Part shown: positions 24,601 to 39,200 of the stretch, in pieces
Layout: every line of letters starts with the position of its first letter
Position numbering within the stretch: position 1 is the first letter of the stretch
From: the human T2T-CHM13v2.0 reference genome, Homo sapiens
NCBI RefSeq assembly: GCF_009914755.1
Contig: NC_060948.1
Strand: one strand, 5' to 3'
Length of the DNA stretch: 64,000 nucleotides
Made by a program: the position numbers and the translations under genes
The notes under the pieces: model-generated
Told to the model about the DNA's origin: nothing
The model's input: only the letters and a program-made list of their open reading frames with translations
The model's database searches: none

Positions 24601-27600
24601 GGAATGGAATTGAATGGAAAGTAATGCAATGGAAGAGAATGGAAGGAAATTTCACGGAATGGAATCAAACTGAATGGAATCAAATCAATGGAATATAATC
24701 AAATGGAATGGAAAGGAATTGAATGGAGTAGATTGGATTGGATGGGATTGGAATGAAATGTACTGGAAAGGACTCGAATTTCATGAAACGGAATGGAATG
24801 AATTGGAACGGAATGGACTCGAATGGAATGGAATGTCATGGAATGGCATCAAATGGAATGGCATCAAATGGAATGGAATCGAATGCAATGGAATGCTATG
24901 GAATGGAATGGAATGCATTGGAATGGAATGTCCTCTAATGGAATGGATTCGAGTGGAATGGAATCGAATACAATGGAGTCGAATGAAATGGAATTGAAAG
25001 GAATGGGTTCGAATACAATGGAATATACTGGAATGTAAGGTAATGAACTCGAATGTAATTGACTGGAATGGAATGTACATGAACGGAATGTAATCGAATG
25101 GAAAGTAATCCAATGGAATAGAATCTAATGCAATAAAATCGACTCAGATAGAGTAGAATGTAATGGAATGGAGTGCAGTGCAATGGAAAGGAATGTAATG
25201 GAATGCAATGCAATGGAATGGAATGGAATGGAATGGAATGGAATGGGACGGAATGGTATGGAATGGATAGTAATGGACTGGAGTGAAATGGACTGGAAAG
25301 GAATGGACTCAAATTGAAAGGGCTCGAAAGGAATGGAGTCAAATGGAATGGTCTGGAATGGAATGAACACGAATGTAATGCAATCCAATAGAATGGAATC
25401 GAATGGCATGGAATATAAAGAAATGGAATCGAAGAGAATGGAAACAAATGGAATGGAATTGAATGGAATGGAATTGAATGGAATGGGAACGAATGGAGTG
25501 AAATTGTATGCAGTAGAAGAGAATAGAATGAAATGCAAGCGAAAGGAAAGGAATGGATTGGAATGGAATGGAATTCATTGGAATGGAAGGGAAAGTAGTG
25601 TAATGGACAGGCCTGGAATAAAGTGGAATGCTACGGTCTCGAATGGAATAAAAATGTATGGAATGGAATGCAATGAAACGGAATCGAATGTCATAGAATG
25701 TAATGGAATGCAAAAAAATGGACTCCAAAATCATTGACTGGAAAGGCTGGGTGTCGAAAGGGATTGACTCCAATGGAATGGAATCGAATGGAATGGAAGT
25801 GAATAGAATCGAACTAAATCGAATGGAATGGAATTGATAGGAACGGAATGGAAAGGAATGCAATCATTTGGCATGGAATGGAATCGAATGGCATCGAATG
25901 GAATGGAATGGAATGCAATGGAATGGAATGTATTAGAATGTAATGAACTTTAATGGAATGTACTCGAATGGATTCGACTGGAATGGAATGTTCTGGACGT
26001 GAATGGACTCCAATGGAATGGATTCAAAAGGAATGGAATCTTACGGAATGGAATCTAATGGAATGGAATTAAATGGAAATGAATCAAATTGAATAGCACG
26101 GAATTGAATTGAATGGAATCGAATGCAATGGTATCTAATGAAACGGAAAGGAAAGGAATGGAATGGAATGGAATGGGCTGGAATGGAAAGGAATCGAAAC
26201 GAATGGAATGGAATCGAACTGAAGAGACTGGAATGGAATGCACTTTAATGGAAGGGAGTGTAATGGAAGGTTCTCGACAAAAATGGAATCGAATGGAATG
26301 GAATTGAATGGAACGGAATAGAGTCGAATGGATTTGAATGGAATGGAATGGACTACAGTGAAATGGAATCGAACCACAAGTAATGGACAGGTATAGAATG
26401 GTCTCGAATTGAATGGAATCGTATGGAATGGCATCAAACGGAATGGAATGGACAGCCACGGAATGGAATGCACTCGAATGCAATGGAGTCGAAACTAATG
26501 GACTGGAATAAAATGGACTCGACTGGTACGGACTCCAATGGAATGGAATCGAATGCAAGGGAATCGAACGGAATGGACTCGAAGGGAAAAGACTGCAATG
26601 GAAAGGTCTCGAATGGAATGGAAATTAATGGAATGGAATGGAATCGAATGAAATGGAGTCAAAAGGAATGGAATCGAATGGCAAGAAATCGAATGTAATG
26701 GAATCGCAAGGAATTGATGTGAACGGAACGGAATGGAATGGAATCCAAAGGAATGGAATAGAATGGAATGGAATCGAATGGAAAGGGCTCGAATGGAAAT
26801 CACTCGAATAGAATGCAATTTAATAAAATAGGATCAAATGTAATGGAATGGAATTGAAAGGAATCGAAAGGAAAGGAATGGAGACAGATGGAATGGAATG
26901 GAACAGAGAGCAATGGTATAGAATGGAATGGAATCATCTGGAATGGAATTGAATGGAATGGAATAATATGAAATGGAATGGAATGGAATGGAATGCCCTT
27001 GAATTAAATGGACTGGAATGGAATGGATTCGAATAGAGTGGAATGGAAAGTTTTGAGATAGAATGGAATGGACCCCTTTGGAATGGTCTAGTATGCAATG
27101 CAATCGACTGGCAGGGAATCAAAAGGAATGTAATCGAATGGATTGGACTGGAATGCAATGGACTCGAATAGATTGGAAACGGAATGCAAAGGAATGGAAT
27201 GGAATAGTATGGAATGGAATGGAAAGGAATGGAGTGGAATAGACTAGAGTGGAATGGAATGGACTGGAAAGCAATGGACTGGAATGGAACTTTCTTGAAT
27301 GGACTGGAATCAAACGGAATGGAATGCAATGCAATCAAATGGCATGGAATAAAATAGAATGAAAGAGAATCAAATGGAATTGAATCGAATGGAATCGAAT
27401 GGATTGGAAAGGAATAGAATGGAATGGAATGGAATTGACTGAAATGGAATGGACTAGAATGGAATGGATTCGAATGGAAGGCAAAGGAATGGAATCTATT
27501 GGAATGGACTGTAATGGAATGGAATGGAAGGGATTGGAATGGACTCGAATGGAATGGACTGCAATAGAAAGGATTCGAATGGAATGAAAAAGAATTGAAT

Positions 27601-28800
27601 GGAATAGAACAGAATGGAATCAAATCGAATGAAATGGAATGGAATAGAAAGGAATGGAATGAAATGGAATGGAAAGGATTCGAATGGAATGCAATCGAAT
27701 GGAATGGAATCGAACGGAATGGAATAAAATGGAAGAAAACTGGCAAGAAATGGAATCGAAATGAATGGAGTGTTATGGAACGGACTCAAAAGGAATTGAA
27801 TGTAATAGAATGGAGTGGAGTGGACTCGAATATAATGGACTGGAATGGAATGAAATCACATGGAATGGGAACGAATGGAATGGAATGGAAAGGAATGGAA
27901 TCGAATGGAAAGGAATCGAATGGAAGGGAATGAAATTGAATCAACAGGAATGGAAGGGAATAGAATAGACGGTAATGGAATGGACTCGAATAGAATGGAC
28001 ACGAATGCTCAAATTGAATGGACTCGAATGGAATGGAAACGAAAGGAATGTCATCGAATGGAATTGAATCGATTGGAATGAAATCGCATAGAATGGAGTG
28101 GAATCAAATGGAATTGAATCGAAAGGAAAGGAAGCGAATGGACTGAAATGAAATGGAATGGAATTGAATGGAAAGTAGTGCAATGGAATAGAATGGAACG
28201 AAATTTCACGGAATGGAAAGAAACTGAAAGGAATCAAATCAATGGAATATAATCAAATGGAATGGAAAGGAATTGAATGGAGTAGATTGGATTGGATGGG
28301 ATTGGAATGAAATGTACTGGAAAGGACTCGAATTTCATGAAACGGAATGGAATGAATTGGAACGGAATGGACTCGAATGGAATGGAATGTCATGGAATGG
28401 CATCAAATGGAATGACATCAAATGGAATGGAATCGAATGCAATGGAATGCTCTGGAATGGAATGGAATGCGTTGGAATGGAATGTCCTCTAATGGAATGG
28501 ATTCGAGTGGAATGGAATCGAATATAATGGAGTCGAATGAAATGGAATTGAAAGGAATGGGATCGAATACAATGGAATATACTGGAATGTAATGTAATGA
28601 ACTCGAATGTAATTGACTGGAATGGAATGTACATGAATGGAATGTAATCGAATGGAAAGTAATCCAATGGAATAGAATCTACTGCAATAAAATCGACTCA
28701 GATAGAGTAGAATGTAATGGAATGGAGTGCAGTGCAATGGAATGGAATGGAATGGAATGCAATGGAATGGAATGGAATGGAATGGAATGGAATGGAATGG
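15700..28800 (+). repeat. Two-unit (~7.09 kb period) tandem duplication within the array; boundaries approximate
   Basis: Private variants recur at offset 7087-7097: AAGGGATTGA 18661/25758, GCACTTTAA ~19143/26240, GACTACAGTG ~19254/26351, CAAGTAATGGACAGGTATAG ~19280/26377, AAGAAACTGAAAGG 21121/28218, GACATCAA ~21317/28414, ATCCTATGG ~15777/22865. Confidence 0.8.
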
Positions 28801-31800
28801 AATGGGATGGAATGGTATGGAATGGATAGTAATGGACTGGAGTGAAATGGACTGGAAAAGAATGGACTCAAATTGAAAGGGCTCGAAAGGAATGGAGTCA
28901 AATGGAATGGTCTAGGAATGGAATGAACACGAATGTAAGGCAATCCAATAGAATGGAATCGAATGGCATGGAATATAAAGAAATGGTATCAAAGAGAATG
29001 GAAACAAATGGAATGGAATTGAATGGAATGGAATTGAATGGAATGGGAACGAATGGAGTGAAATTGTATGCAGTAGAAGAGAATAGAATGGAATGCAAGT
29101 GAAAGGAAAGGAATGGATTGGAATGGAATGGAATTCATTGGAATGGAAGGGAATGTAGTGTAATGGACAGGCCTGGAATAAAGTGGAATGCTACGGTCTC
29201 GAATGGAATAAAAATGTATGGAATGGAATGCAATGAAACGGAATCGAATGTCATAGAATGTAATGGAATGCAAAAAAATGGAATCCAAAATCATTGACTG
29301 GAAAGGCTGGGTGTCGAAAGGAATTGACTCCAATGGAATGGAATCGAATGGAATGGAAGTGAATAGAATCGAACTAAATCGAATGGAATGGAATTGATAG
29401 GAACGGAATGGAAAGGAATGCAATGATGTGGCATGGAATGGAATCGAATGGCATCGAATGGAATGGAATGGAATGCAATGGAATGGAGTGTATTAAAATG
29501 TAATGAACATTAATGGAATGTACTCAAATGGATTCGACTGGAATGGAATGTTCTGGAAGTGAATGGACTCCAATGGAATGGATTCAAAAGGAATGGAATC
29601 GTACGGAATGGAATCTAATGGAATGGAATTAAATGGAAATGAATCAAATTGAATAGCACGGAATTGAATTGAATGGAATCGAATGCAATGGAATCTAATG
29701 AAACGGAAAGGAAAAGAATGGAATGGAATGGAATGGGCTGGAATGGAAAGGAATCGAAACGAATGGAATGGAATCGAACTGAAGAGACTGGAATGGAATG
29801 CACTGGAATGGAAGGGAGTGTAATGGAAGGTTCTCGACAAAAATGGAATCGAATGGAATGGAATTGAATGGAACGGAATAGAGTCGAATGGAATTGAATG
29901 GAATGGAATGGACTAGAGTGAAATGGAATCGAACCACAAGGAATGGACAGGAATAGAATGGTCTCGAATTGAATGGAATCGTATGGAATGGCATCAAACG
30001 GAATGGAATGGACAGCCACGGAATGGAATGCACTCGAATGCAATGGAGTCGAAACTAATGGACTGGAATAGAATGGACTCGACTGGTACGGACTCCAATG
30101 GAATGGAATCGAATGGAAGGGAATCGAACGGAATGGACTCGAAGGGAAAAGACTGCAATGGAAAGGTCTCGAATTGAATGGAAATTAATGGAATGGAATG
30201 GAATCGAATGAAATGGAGTCAAAAGGAATGGAATCGAATGGCAAGAAATCGAATGTAATGGAATCGCAAGGAATTGATGTGAACGGAACGGAATGGAATG
30301 GAATCCAAAGGAATGGAATAGAATGGAATGGAATCGAATGGAAAGGGCTCGAATGGAAATCACTCGAATAGAATGCAATTTAATAAAATAGGATCAAATG
30401 TAATGGAATGGAATGGAAAGGAATCGAAAGGAAAGGAATGGAGACAGATGGAATGGAATGGAACAGAGAGCAATGGTATAGAATGGAATGGAATCATCTG
30501 GAATGGAATTGAATGGAATGGAATAATATGAAATGGAATGGAATGGAATGGAATGCCCTTGAATTAAATGGACTGGAATGGAATGGATTCGAATAGAGTG
30601 GAATGGAAAGTTTTGAGATAGAATGGAATGGACCCCTTTGGAATGGTCTAGTATGCAATGCAATCGACTGGCAGGGAATCAAAAGGAATGTAATCGAATG
30701 GATTGGACTGGAATGCAATGGACTCGAATAGATTGGAAACGGAATGCAAAGGAATGGAATGGAATAGTATGGAATGGAATGGAAAGGAATGGAGTGGAAT
30801 AGACTAGAGTGGAATGGAATGGACTGGAAAGCAATGGACTGGAATGGAACTTTCTTGAATGGACTGGAATCAAACGGAATGGAATGCAATGCAATCAAAT
30901 GGCATGGAATAAAATAGAATGAAAGAGAATCAAATGGAATTGAATCGAATGGAATCGAATGGATTGGAAAGGAATAGAATGGAATGGAATGGAATTGACT
31001 GAAATGGAATGGACTAGAATGGAATGGATTCGAATGGAAGGCAAAGGAATGGAATCTATTGGAATGGACTGTAATGGAATGGAATGGAAGGGATTGGAAT
31101 GGACTCGAATGGAATGGACTGCAATAGAAAGGATTCGAATGGAATGAAAAAGAATTGAATGGAATAGAACAGAATGGAATCAAATCGAATGAAATGGAAT
31201 GGAATAGAAAGGAATGGAATGAAATGGAATGGAAAGGATTCGAATGGAATGCAATCGAATGGAATGGAATCGAACGGAATGGAATAAAATGGAAGAAAAC
31301 TGGCAAGAAATGGAATCGAAATGAATGGAGTGTTATGGAACGGACTCAAAAGGAATTGAATGTAATAGAATGGAGTGGAGTGGACTCGAATATAATGGAC
31401 TGGAATGGAATGAAATCACATGGAATGGGAACGAATGGAATGGAATGGAAAGGAATGGAATCGAATGGAAAGGAATCGAATGGAAGGGAATGAAATTGAA
31501 TCAACAGGAATGGAAGGGAATAGAATAGACGGTAATGGAATGGACTCGAATAGAATGGACACGAATGCTCAAATTGAATGGACTCGAATGGAATGGAAAC
31601 GAAAGGAATGTCATCGAATGGAATTGAATCGATTGGAATGAAATCGCATAGAATGGAGTGGAATCAAATGGAATTGAATCGAAAGGAAAGGAAGCGAATG
31701 GACTGAAATGAAATGGAATGGAATTGAATGGAAAGTAGTGCAATGGAATAGAATGGAACGAAATTTCACGGAATGGAAAGAAACTGAAAGGAATCAAATC

Positions 31801-33900
31801 AATGGAATATAATCAAATGGAATGGAAAGGAATTGAATGGAGTAGATTGGATTGGATGGGATTGGAATGAAATGTACTGGAAAGGACTCGAATTTCATGA
31901 AACGGAATGGAATGAATTTGAACGGAATGGACTCGAATGGAATGGAATGTCATGGAATGGCATCAAATGGAATGACATCAAATGGAATGGAATCGAATGC
32001 AATGGAATGCTCTGGAATGGAATGGAATGCGTTGGAATGGAATGTCCTCTAATGGAATGGATTCGAGTGGAATGGAATCGAATATAATGGAGTCGAATGA
32101 AATGGAATTGAAAGGAATGGGATCGAATACAATGGAATATACTGGAATGTAATGTAATGAACTCGAATGTAATTGACTGGAATGGAATGTACATGAATGG
32201 AATGTAATCGAATGGAAAGTAATCCAATGGAATAGAATCTACTGCAATAAAATCGACTCAGATAGAGTAGAATGTAATGGAATGGAGTGCAGTGCAATGG
32301 AATGGAATGGAATGGAATGCAATGGAATGGAATGGAATGGAATGGAATGGAATGGAATGGAATGGGATGGAATGGTATGGAATGGATGGTAATGGACTGG
32401 AGTGAAATGGACTGGAAAAGAATGGACTCAAATTGAAAGGGCTCGAAAGGAATGGAGTCAAATGGAATGGTCTAGGAATGGAATGAACACGAATGTAAGG
32501 CAATCCAATAGAATGGAATCGAATGGCATGGAATATAAAGAAATGGTATCAAAGAGAATGGAAACAAATGGAATGGAATTGAATGGAATGGAATTGAATG
32601 GAATGGGAACGAATGGAGTGAAATTGTATGCAGTAGAAGAGAATAGAATGGAATGCAAGTGAAAGGAAAGGAATGGATTGGAATGGAATGGAATTCATTG
32701 GAATGGAAGGGAATGTAGTGTAATGGACAGGCCTGGAATAAAGTGGAATGCTACGGTCTCGAATGGAATAAAAATGTATGGAATGGAATGCAATGAAACG
32801 GAATCGAATGTCATAGAATGTAATGGAATGCAAAAAAATGGAATCCAAAATCATTGACTGGAAAGGCTGGGTGTCGAAAGGAATTGACTCCAATGGAATG
32901 GAATCGAATGGAATGGAAGTGAATAGAATCGAACTAAATCGAATGGAATGGAATTGATAGGAACGGAATGGAAAGGAATGCAATGATGTGGCATGGAATG
33001 GAATCGAATGGCATCGAATGGAATGGAATGGAATGCAATGGAATGGAGTGTATTAAAATGTAATGAACATTAATGGAATGTACTCAAATGGATTCGACTG
33101 GAATGGAATGTTCTGGAAGTGAATGGACTCCAATGGAATGGATTCAAAAGGAATGGAATCGTACGGAATGGAATCTAATGGAATGGAATTAAATGGAAAT
33201 GAATCAAATTGAATAGCACGGAATTGAATTGAATGGAATCGAATGCAATGGAATCTAATGAAACGGAAAGGAAAAGAATGGAATGGAATGGAATGGGCTG
33301 GAATGGAAAGGAATCGAAACGAATGGAATGGAATCGAACTGAAGAGACTGGAATGGAATGCACTGGAATGGAAGGGAGTGTAATGGAAGGTTCTCGACAA
33401 AAATGGAATCGAATGGAATGGAATTGAATGGAACGGAATAGAGTCGAATGGAATTGAATGGAATGGAATGGACTAGAGTGAAATGGAATCGAACCACAAG
33501 GAATGGACAGGAATAGAATGGTCTCGAATTGAATGGAATCGTATGGAATGGCATCAAACGGAATGGAATGGACAGCCACGGAATGGAATGCACTCGAATG
33601 CAATGGAGTCGAAACTAATGGACTGGAATAGAATGGACTCGACTGGTACGGACTCCAATGGAATGGAATCGAATGGAAGGGAATCGAACGGAATGGACTC
33701 GAAGGGAAAAGACTGCAATGGAAAGGTCTCGAATGGAATGGAAATTAATGGAATGGAATGGAATCGAATGAAATGGAGTCAAAAGGAATGGAATCGAATG
33801 GCAAGAAATCGAATGTAATGGAATCGCAAGGAATTGATGTGAACGGAACGGAATGGAATGGAATCCAAAGGAATGGAATAGAATGGAATGGAATCGAATG
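26600..33900 (+). repeat. Single-unit 3,560-bp tandem duplication nested in the 21-kb block; boundaries approximate
   Basis: Shared private variants at +3560: +1 insertion GGTCTAGGAATG 28909/32469, GTAAGGCAA, GGTATCAAAG, GCAAGTGAA, GATGTGGCA, GAGTGTATTAAAATG, GAACATTAA, and GAAAGGGCTC 26781/30341. Confidence 0.88.
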
Positions 33901-36224
33901 GAAAGGACTCGAATGGAAATCACTCGAATAGAATGCAATTTAATAAAATAGGATCAAATGTAATGGAATGGAATGGAAAGGAATCGAAACGAAAGGAATG
34001 GAGACAGATGGAATGGAATGGAACAGAGAGCAATGGTATAGAATGGAATGGAATCATCTGGAATGGAATTGAATGGAATGGAATAATATGAAATGGAATG
34101 GAATGGAATGGAATGCCCTTGAATTAAATCGACTGGAATGGAATGGACTCGAATAGAGTGGAATGGAAAGTGTTGAGATAGAATGGAATGGACTCTTTGG
34201 AATGGTGTAGTATGCAATGCAATCGACTGGCAGGGAATCAAAAGGAATGTAATGGAATGGATTGGACTGGAATGCAATGGACTCGAATAGATTGGAAACG
34301 GAATGCAAAGGAATGGAATGGAATAGTATGGAATGGAATGGAAAGGAATGGAGTGGAATAGACTAGAGTGGAATGGAATGGACTGGAAAGCAATGGACTG
34401 GAATGGAACTTTCTTGAATGGACTGGAATCAAACGGAATGGAATGCAATGCAATCAAATGGCATGGAATAAAATAGAATGAAAGAGAATCAAATGGAATT
34501 GAATCGAATGGAATCGAATGGATTGGAAAGCAATAGAATGGAATGGAATGGAATTGACTGAAATGGAATGGACTAGAATGGAATGGATTCGAATGGAAGG
34601 CAAAGGAATGGAATCTATTGGAATGGACTGTAATGGAATGGAATGGAAGGGATTGGAATGGACTCGAATGGAATGGACTGCAATAGAAAGGATTCGAATG
34701 GAATGAAAAAGAATTGAATGGAATAGAACAGAATGGAATCAAATCGAATGAAATGGAATGGAATAGAAAGGAATGGAATGAAATGGAATGGAAAGGATTC
34801 GAATGGAATGCAATCGAATGGAATGGAATCGAACGGAATGGAATAAAATGGAAGAAAACTGGCAAGAAATGGAATCGAAATGAATGGAGTGTTATGGAAC
34901 GGACTCAAAAGGAATTGAATGTAATAGAATGGAGTGGAGTGGACTCGAATATAATGGACTGGAATGGAATGAAATCACATGGAATGGGAACGAATGGAAT
35001 GGAATGGAAAGGAATGGAATCGAATGGAAAGGAATCGAATGGAAGGGAATGAAATTGAATCAACAGGAATGGAAGGGAATAGAATAGAGGGTAATGGAAT
35101 GGACTCGAATAGAATGGACACGAATGCTCAAATTGAATGGACTCGAATGGAATGGAAACGAAAGGAATGTCATCGAATGGAATTGAATCGATTGGAATGA
35201 AATCGCATAGAATGGAGTGGAATCAAATGGAATTGAATCGAAAGGAAAGGAAGCGAATGGACTGAAATGAAATGGAATGGAATTGAATGGAAAGTAATGC
35301 AATGGAAGAGAATGGAAGGAAATTTCACGGAATGGAATCAAACTGAATGGAATCAAATCAATGGAATATAATCAAATGGAATGGAAAGGAATTGAATGGA
35401 ATAGATTGGATTGGATGGGATTGGAATGAAATGTACTGGAAAGGACTCGAATTTCATGAAACGGAATGGAATGAATTGGAACGGAATGGTCTCGAATGGA
35501 ATGCAATGTCATGGAATGGCATCAAATGGAATGGCATCAAATGGAATGGAATCGAATGCAATGGAATGCTATGGAATGGAATATAATGGAGTCGAATGAA
35601 ATGGAATTGAAAGGAATGGGTTCGAATACAATGGAATATACTGGAATGTAAGGTAATGAACTCGAATGTAATTGACTGGAATGGAATGTACATTAACGGA
35701 ATGTAATCGAATGGAAAGTAATCCAATGGAATAGAATCTAATGCAATAAAATCGACTCAGATAGAGTAGAATGTAATGGAATGGAGTGCAGTGCAATGGA
35801 ATGGAATGGAATGGAATGCAATGGAATGGAATGGAATGGAATGGAATGGAATGGAATGGGATGGAATGGTATGGAATGGATAGTAATGGACTGGAGTGAA
35901 ATGGACTGGAATGGAATGGACTCAAATTGAAAGGTCTCGAAAGGAATGGAGTCAAATGGAATGGTCTGGAATGGAATGAACACGAATGTAATGCAATCCA
36001 ATAGAATGGAATCGAATGGCATGGAATATAAAGAAATGGAATCGAAGAGAATGGAAACAAATGGAATGGAATTGAATGGAATGGAATTGAATGGAATGGG
36101 AACGAATGGAGTGAAATTGTATGCAGTAGAAGAGAATAGAATGGAATGCAAGCGAAAGGAAAGGAATGGATTGGAATGGAATGGAATTCATTGGAATGGA
36201 AGGGAATGTAGTGTAATGGACAGG
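32732..36224 (+). repeat. 3,493-bp DYZ1 unit with a 60-bp deletion (second copy at 53976-57468)
   Basis: GCTATGGAATGGAAT^ATAATGG junction at 35582/35583 lacks the 60 bp present at 39076-39135. The same junction recurs at 56826/56827. There is also a 1-bp deletion (GACTCTTTGG) at ~34195. Confidence 0.92.
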
Positions 36225-39200
36225 CCTGGAATAAAGTGGAATGCTACGGTCTCGAATGGAATAAAAATGTATGGAATGGAATGCAATGAAACGGAATCGA
36301 ATGTCATAGAATGTAATGGAATGCAAAAAAATGGACTCCAAAATCATTGACTGGAAAGGCTGGGTGTCGAAAGGAATTGACTCCAATGGAATGGAATCGA
36401 ATGGAATGGAAGTGAATAGAATCGAACTAAATCGAATGGAATGGAATTGATAGGAACAGAATGGAAAGGAATGCAATGATTTGGCATGGAATGGAATCGA
36501 ATGGCATCGAATGGAATGGAATGGAATGCAATGGAATGGAATGTATTAGAATGTAATGAACTTTAATGGAATGTACTCGAATGGATTCGACTGGAATGGA
36601 ATGTTCTGGAAGTGAATGGACTCCAATGGAATGGATTCAAAAGGAATGGAATCTTACGGAATGGAATCTAATGGAATGGAATTAAATGGAAATGAATCAA
36701 ATTGAATAGCACGGAATTGAATTGAATGGAATCGAATGCAATGGTATCTAATGAAACGGAAAGGAAAGGAATGGAATGGAATGGAATGTGCTGGAATGGA
36801 AAGGAATCGAAACGAATGGAATGGAATCGAACTGAAGAGACTGGAATGGAATGCACTGGAATGGAAGGGAGTGTAATGGAAGGTTCTCGACAAAAATGGA
36901 ATCGAATGGAATGGAATTGAATGGAACGGAATAGAGTCGAATGGAATTGAATGGAATGGAATGGACTAGAGTGAAATGGAATCGAACCACAAGGAATGGA
37001 CAGGAATAGAATGGTCTCGAATTGAATGGAATCGTATGGAATGGCATCAAACGGAATGGAATGGACAGCCACGGAATGGAATGCACTCGAATGCAATGGA
37101 GTCGAAACTAATGGACTGGAATAGAATGGACTCGACTGGTACGGACTGCAATGGAATGGAATCGAATGGAATGGAATCGAACGGAATGGACTCGAAGGGA
37201 AAAGACTGCAATGGAAAGGTCTCGAATGGAATGGAAATTAATGGAATGGAATGGAATCGAATGAAATGGAGTCAAAAGGAATGGAATCGAATGGCAAGAA
37301 ATCGAATGTAATGGAATCGCAAGGAATTGATGTGAAGGGAACGGAATGGAATGGAATCCAAAGGAATGGAATAGAATGGAATGGAATCGAATGGAAAGGA
37401 CTCGAATGGAAATCACTCGAATAGAATGCAATTTAATAAAATAGGATCAAATGTAATGGAATTGAATGGAAAGGAATCGAAACGAAAGGAATGGAGACAG
37501 ATGGAATGGAATGGAACAGAGAGCAATGGTATAGAATGGAATGGAATCATCTGGAATGGAATTGAATGGAATGGAATAATATGAAATGGAATGGAATGGA
37601 ATGGAATGCCCTTGAATTAAATGGACTGGAATGGAATGGACTCGAATAGAGTGGAATGGAAAGTGTTGAGATAGAATGGAATGGACTCTTTGGAATGGTG
37701 TAGTATGCAATGCAATCGACTGGCAGGGAATCAAAAGGAATGTAATGGAATGGATTGGACTGGAATGCAATGGACTCGAATAGATTGGAAACGGAATGCA
37801 AAGGAATGGAATGGAATAGTATGGAATGGAATGGAAAGGAATGGAGTGGAATAGACTAGAGTGGAATGGAATGGACTGGAAAGCAATGGACTGGAATGGA
37901 ACTTTCTTGAATGGACTGGAATCAAACGGAATGGAATGCAATGCAATCAAATGGCATGGAATAAAATAGAATGAAAGAGAATCTAATGGAATTGAATCGA
38001 ATGGAATCGAATGGATTGGAAAGGAATAGAATGGAATGGAATGGAATTGACTCAAATGGAATGGACTAGAATGGAATGGATTCGAATGGAAGGCAAAGGA
38101 ATGGAATCTATTGGAATGGACTGTAATGGAATGGAATGGAAGGGATTGGAATGGACTCGAATGGAATGGACTGCAATAGAAAGGATTCGAATGGAATGAA
38201 AAAGAATTGAATGGAATAGAACAGAATGGAATCAAATCGAATGAAATGGAATGGAATAGAAAGGAATGGAATGAAATGGAATGGAAAGGATTCGAATGGA
38301 ATGCAGTCGAATGGAATGGAATTGAACGGAATGGAATAAAATGGAAGCAAACTGGCAAGAAATGGAATCGAAATGAATGGAGTGTTATGGAACGGACTCA
38401 AAAGGAATTGAATGTAATAGAATGGAGTGGAGTGGACTCGAATATAATGGACTGGAATGGAATGAAATCACATGGAATGGGAACGAATGGAATGGAATGG
38501 AAAGGAATGGAATCGAATGGAAAGGAATCGAATGGAAGGGAATGAAATTGAATCAACAGGAATGGAAGGGAATAGAATAGACGGTAATGGAATGGACTCG
38601 AATAGAATGGACACGAATGCTCAAATTGAATGGACTCGAATGGAATGGAAACGAAAGGAATGTCATCGAATGGAATTGAATCGATTGGAATGAAATCGCA
38701 TAGAATGGAGTGGAATCAAATGGAATTGAATCGAAAGGAAAGGAAGCGAATGGACTGAAATGAAATGGAATGGAATTGAATGGAAAGTAATGCAATGGAA
38801 GAGAATGGAAGGAAATTTCACGGAATGGAATCAAACTGAATGGAATCAAATCATTGGAATATAATCAAATGGAATGGAAAGGAATTGAATGGAATAGATT
38901 GGATTGGATGGGATTGGAATGAAATGTACTGGAAAGGACTCGAATTTCATGAAACGGAATGGAATGAATTGGAACGGAATGGACTCGAATGGAATGGAAT
39001 GTCATGGAATGGCATCAAATGGAATGGCATCAAATGGAATGGAATCGAATGCAATGGAATGCTATGGAATGGAATGGAATGCATTGGAATGGAATGTCCT
39101 CTAATGGAATGGATTCGAGTGGAATGGAATCGAATATAATGGAGTCGAATGAAATGGAATTGAAAGGAATGGGTTCGAATACAATGGAATATACTGGAAT

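Noticed and set aside
33954-34865. Longest ORF (303 aa, minus strand; also 37447, 55198, 58691)
   Set aside because: It is created by the 1-bp deletion at ~34195 fusing two artefactual frames. There is no domain-like content.
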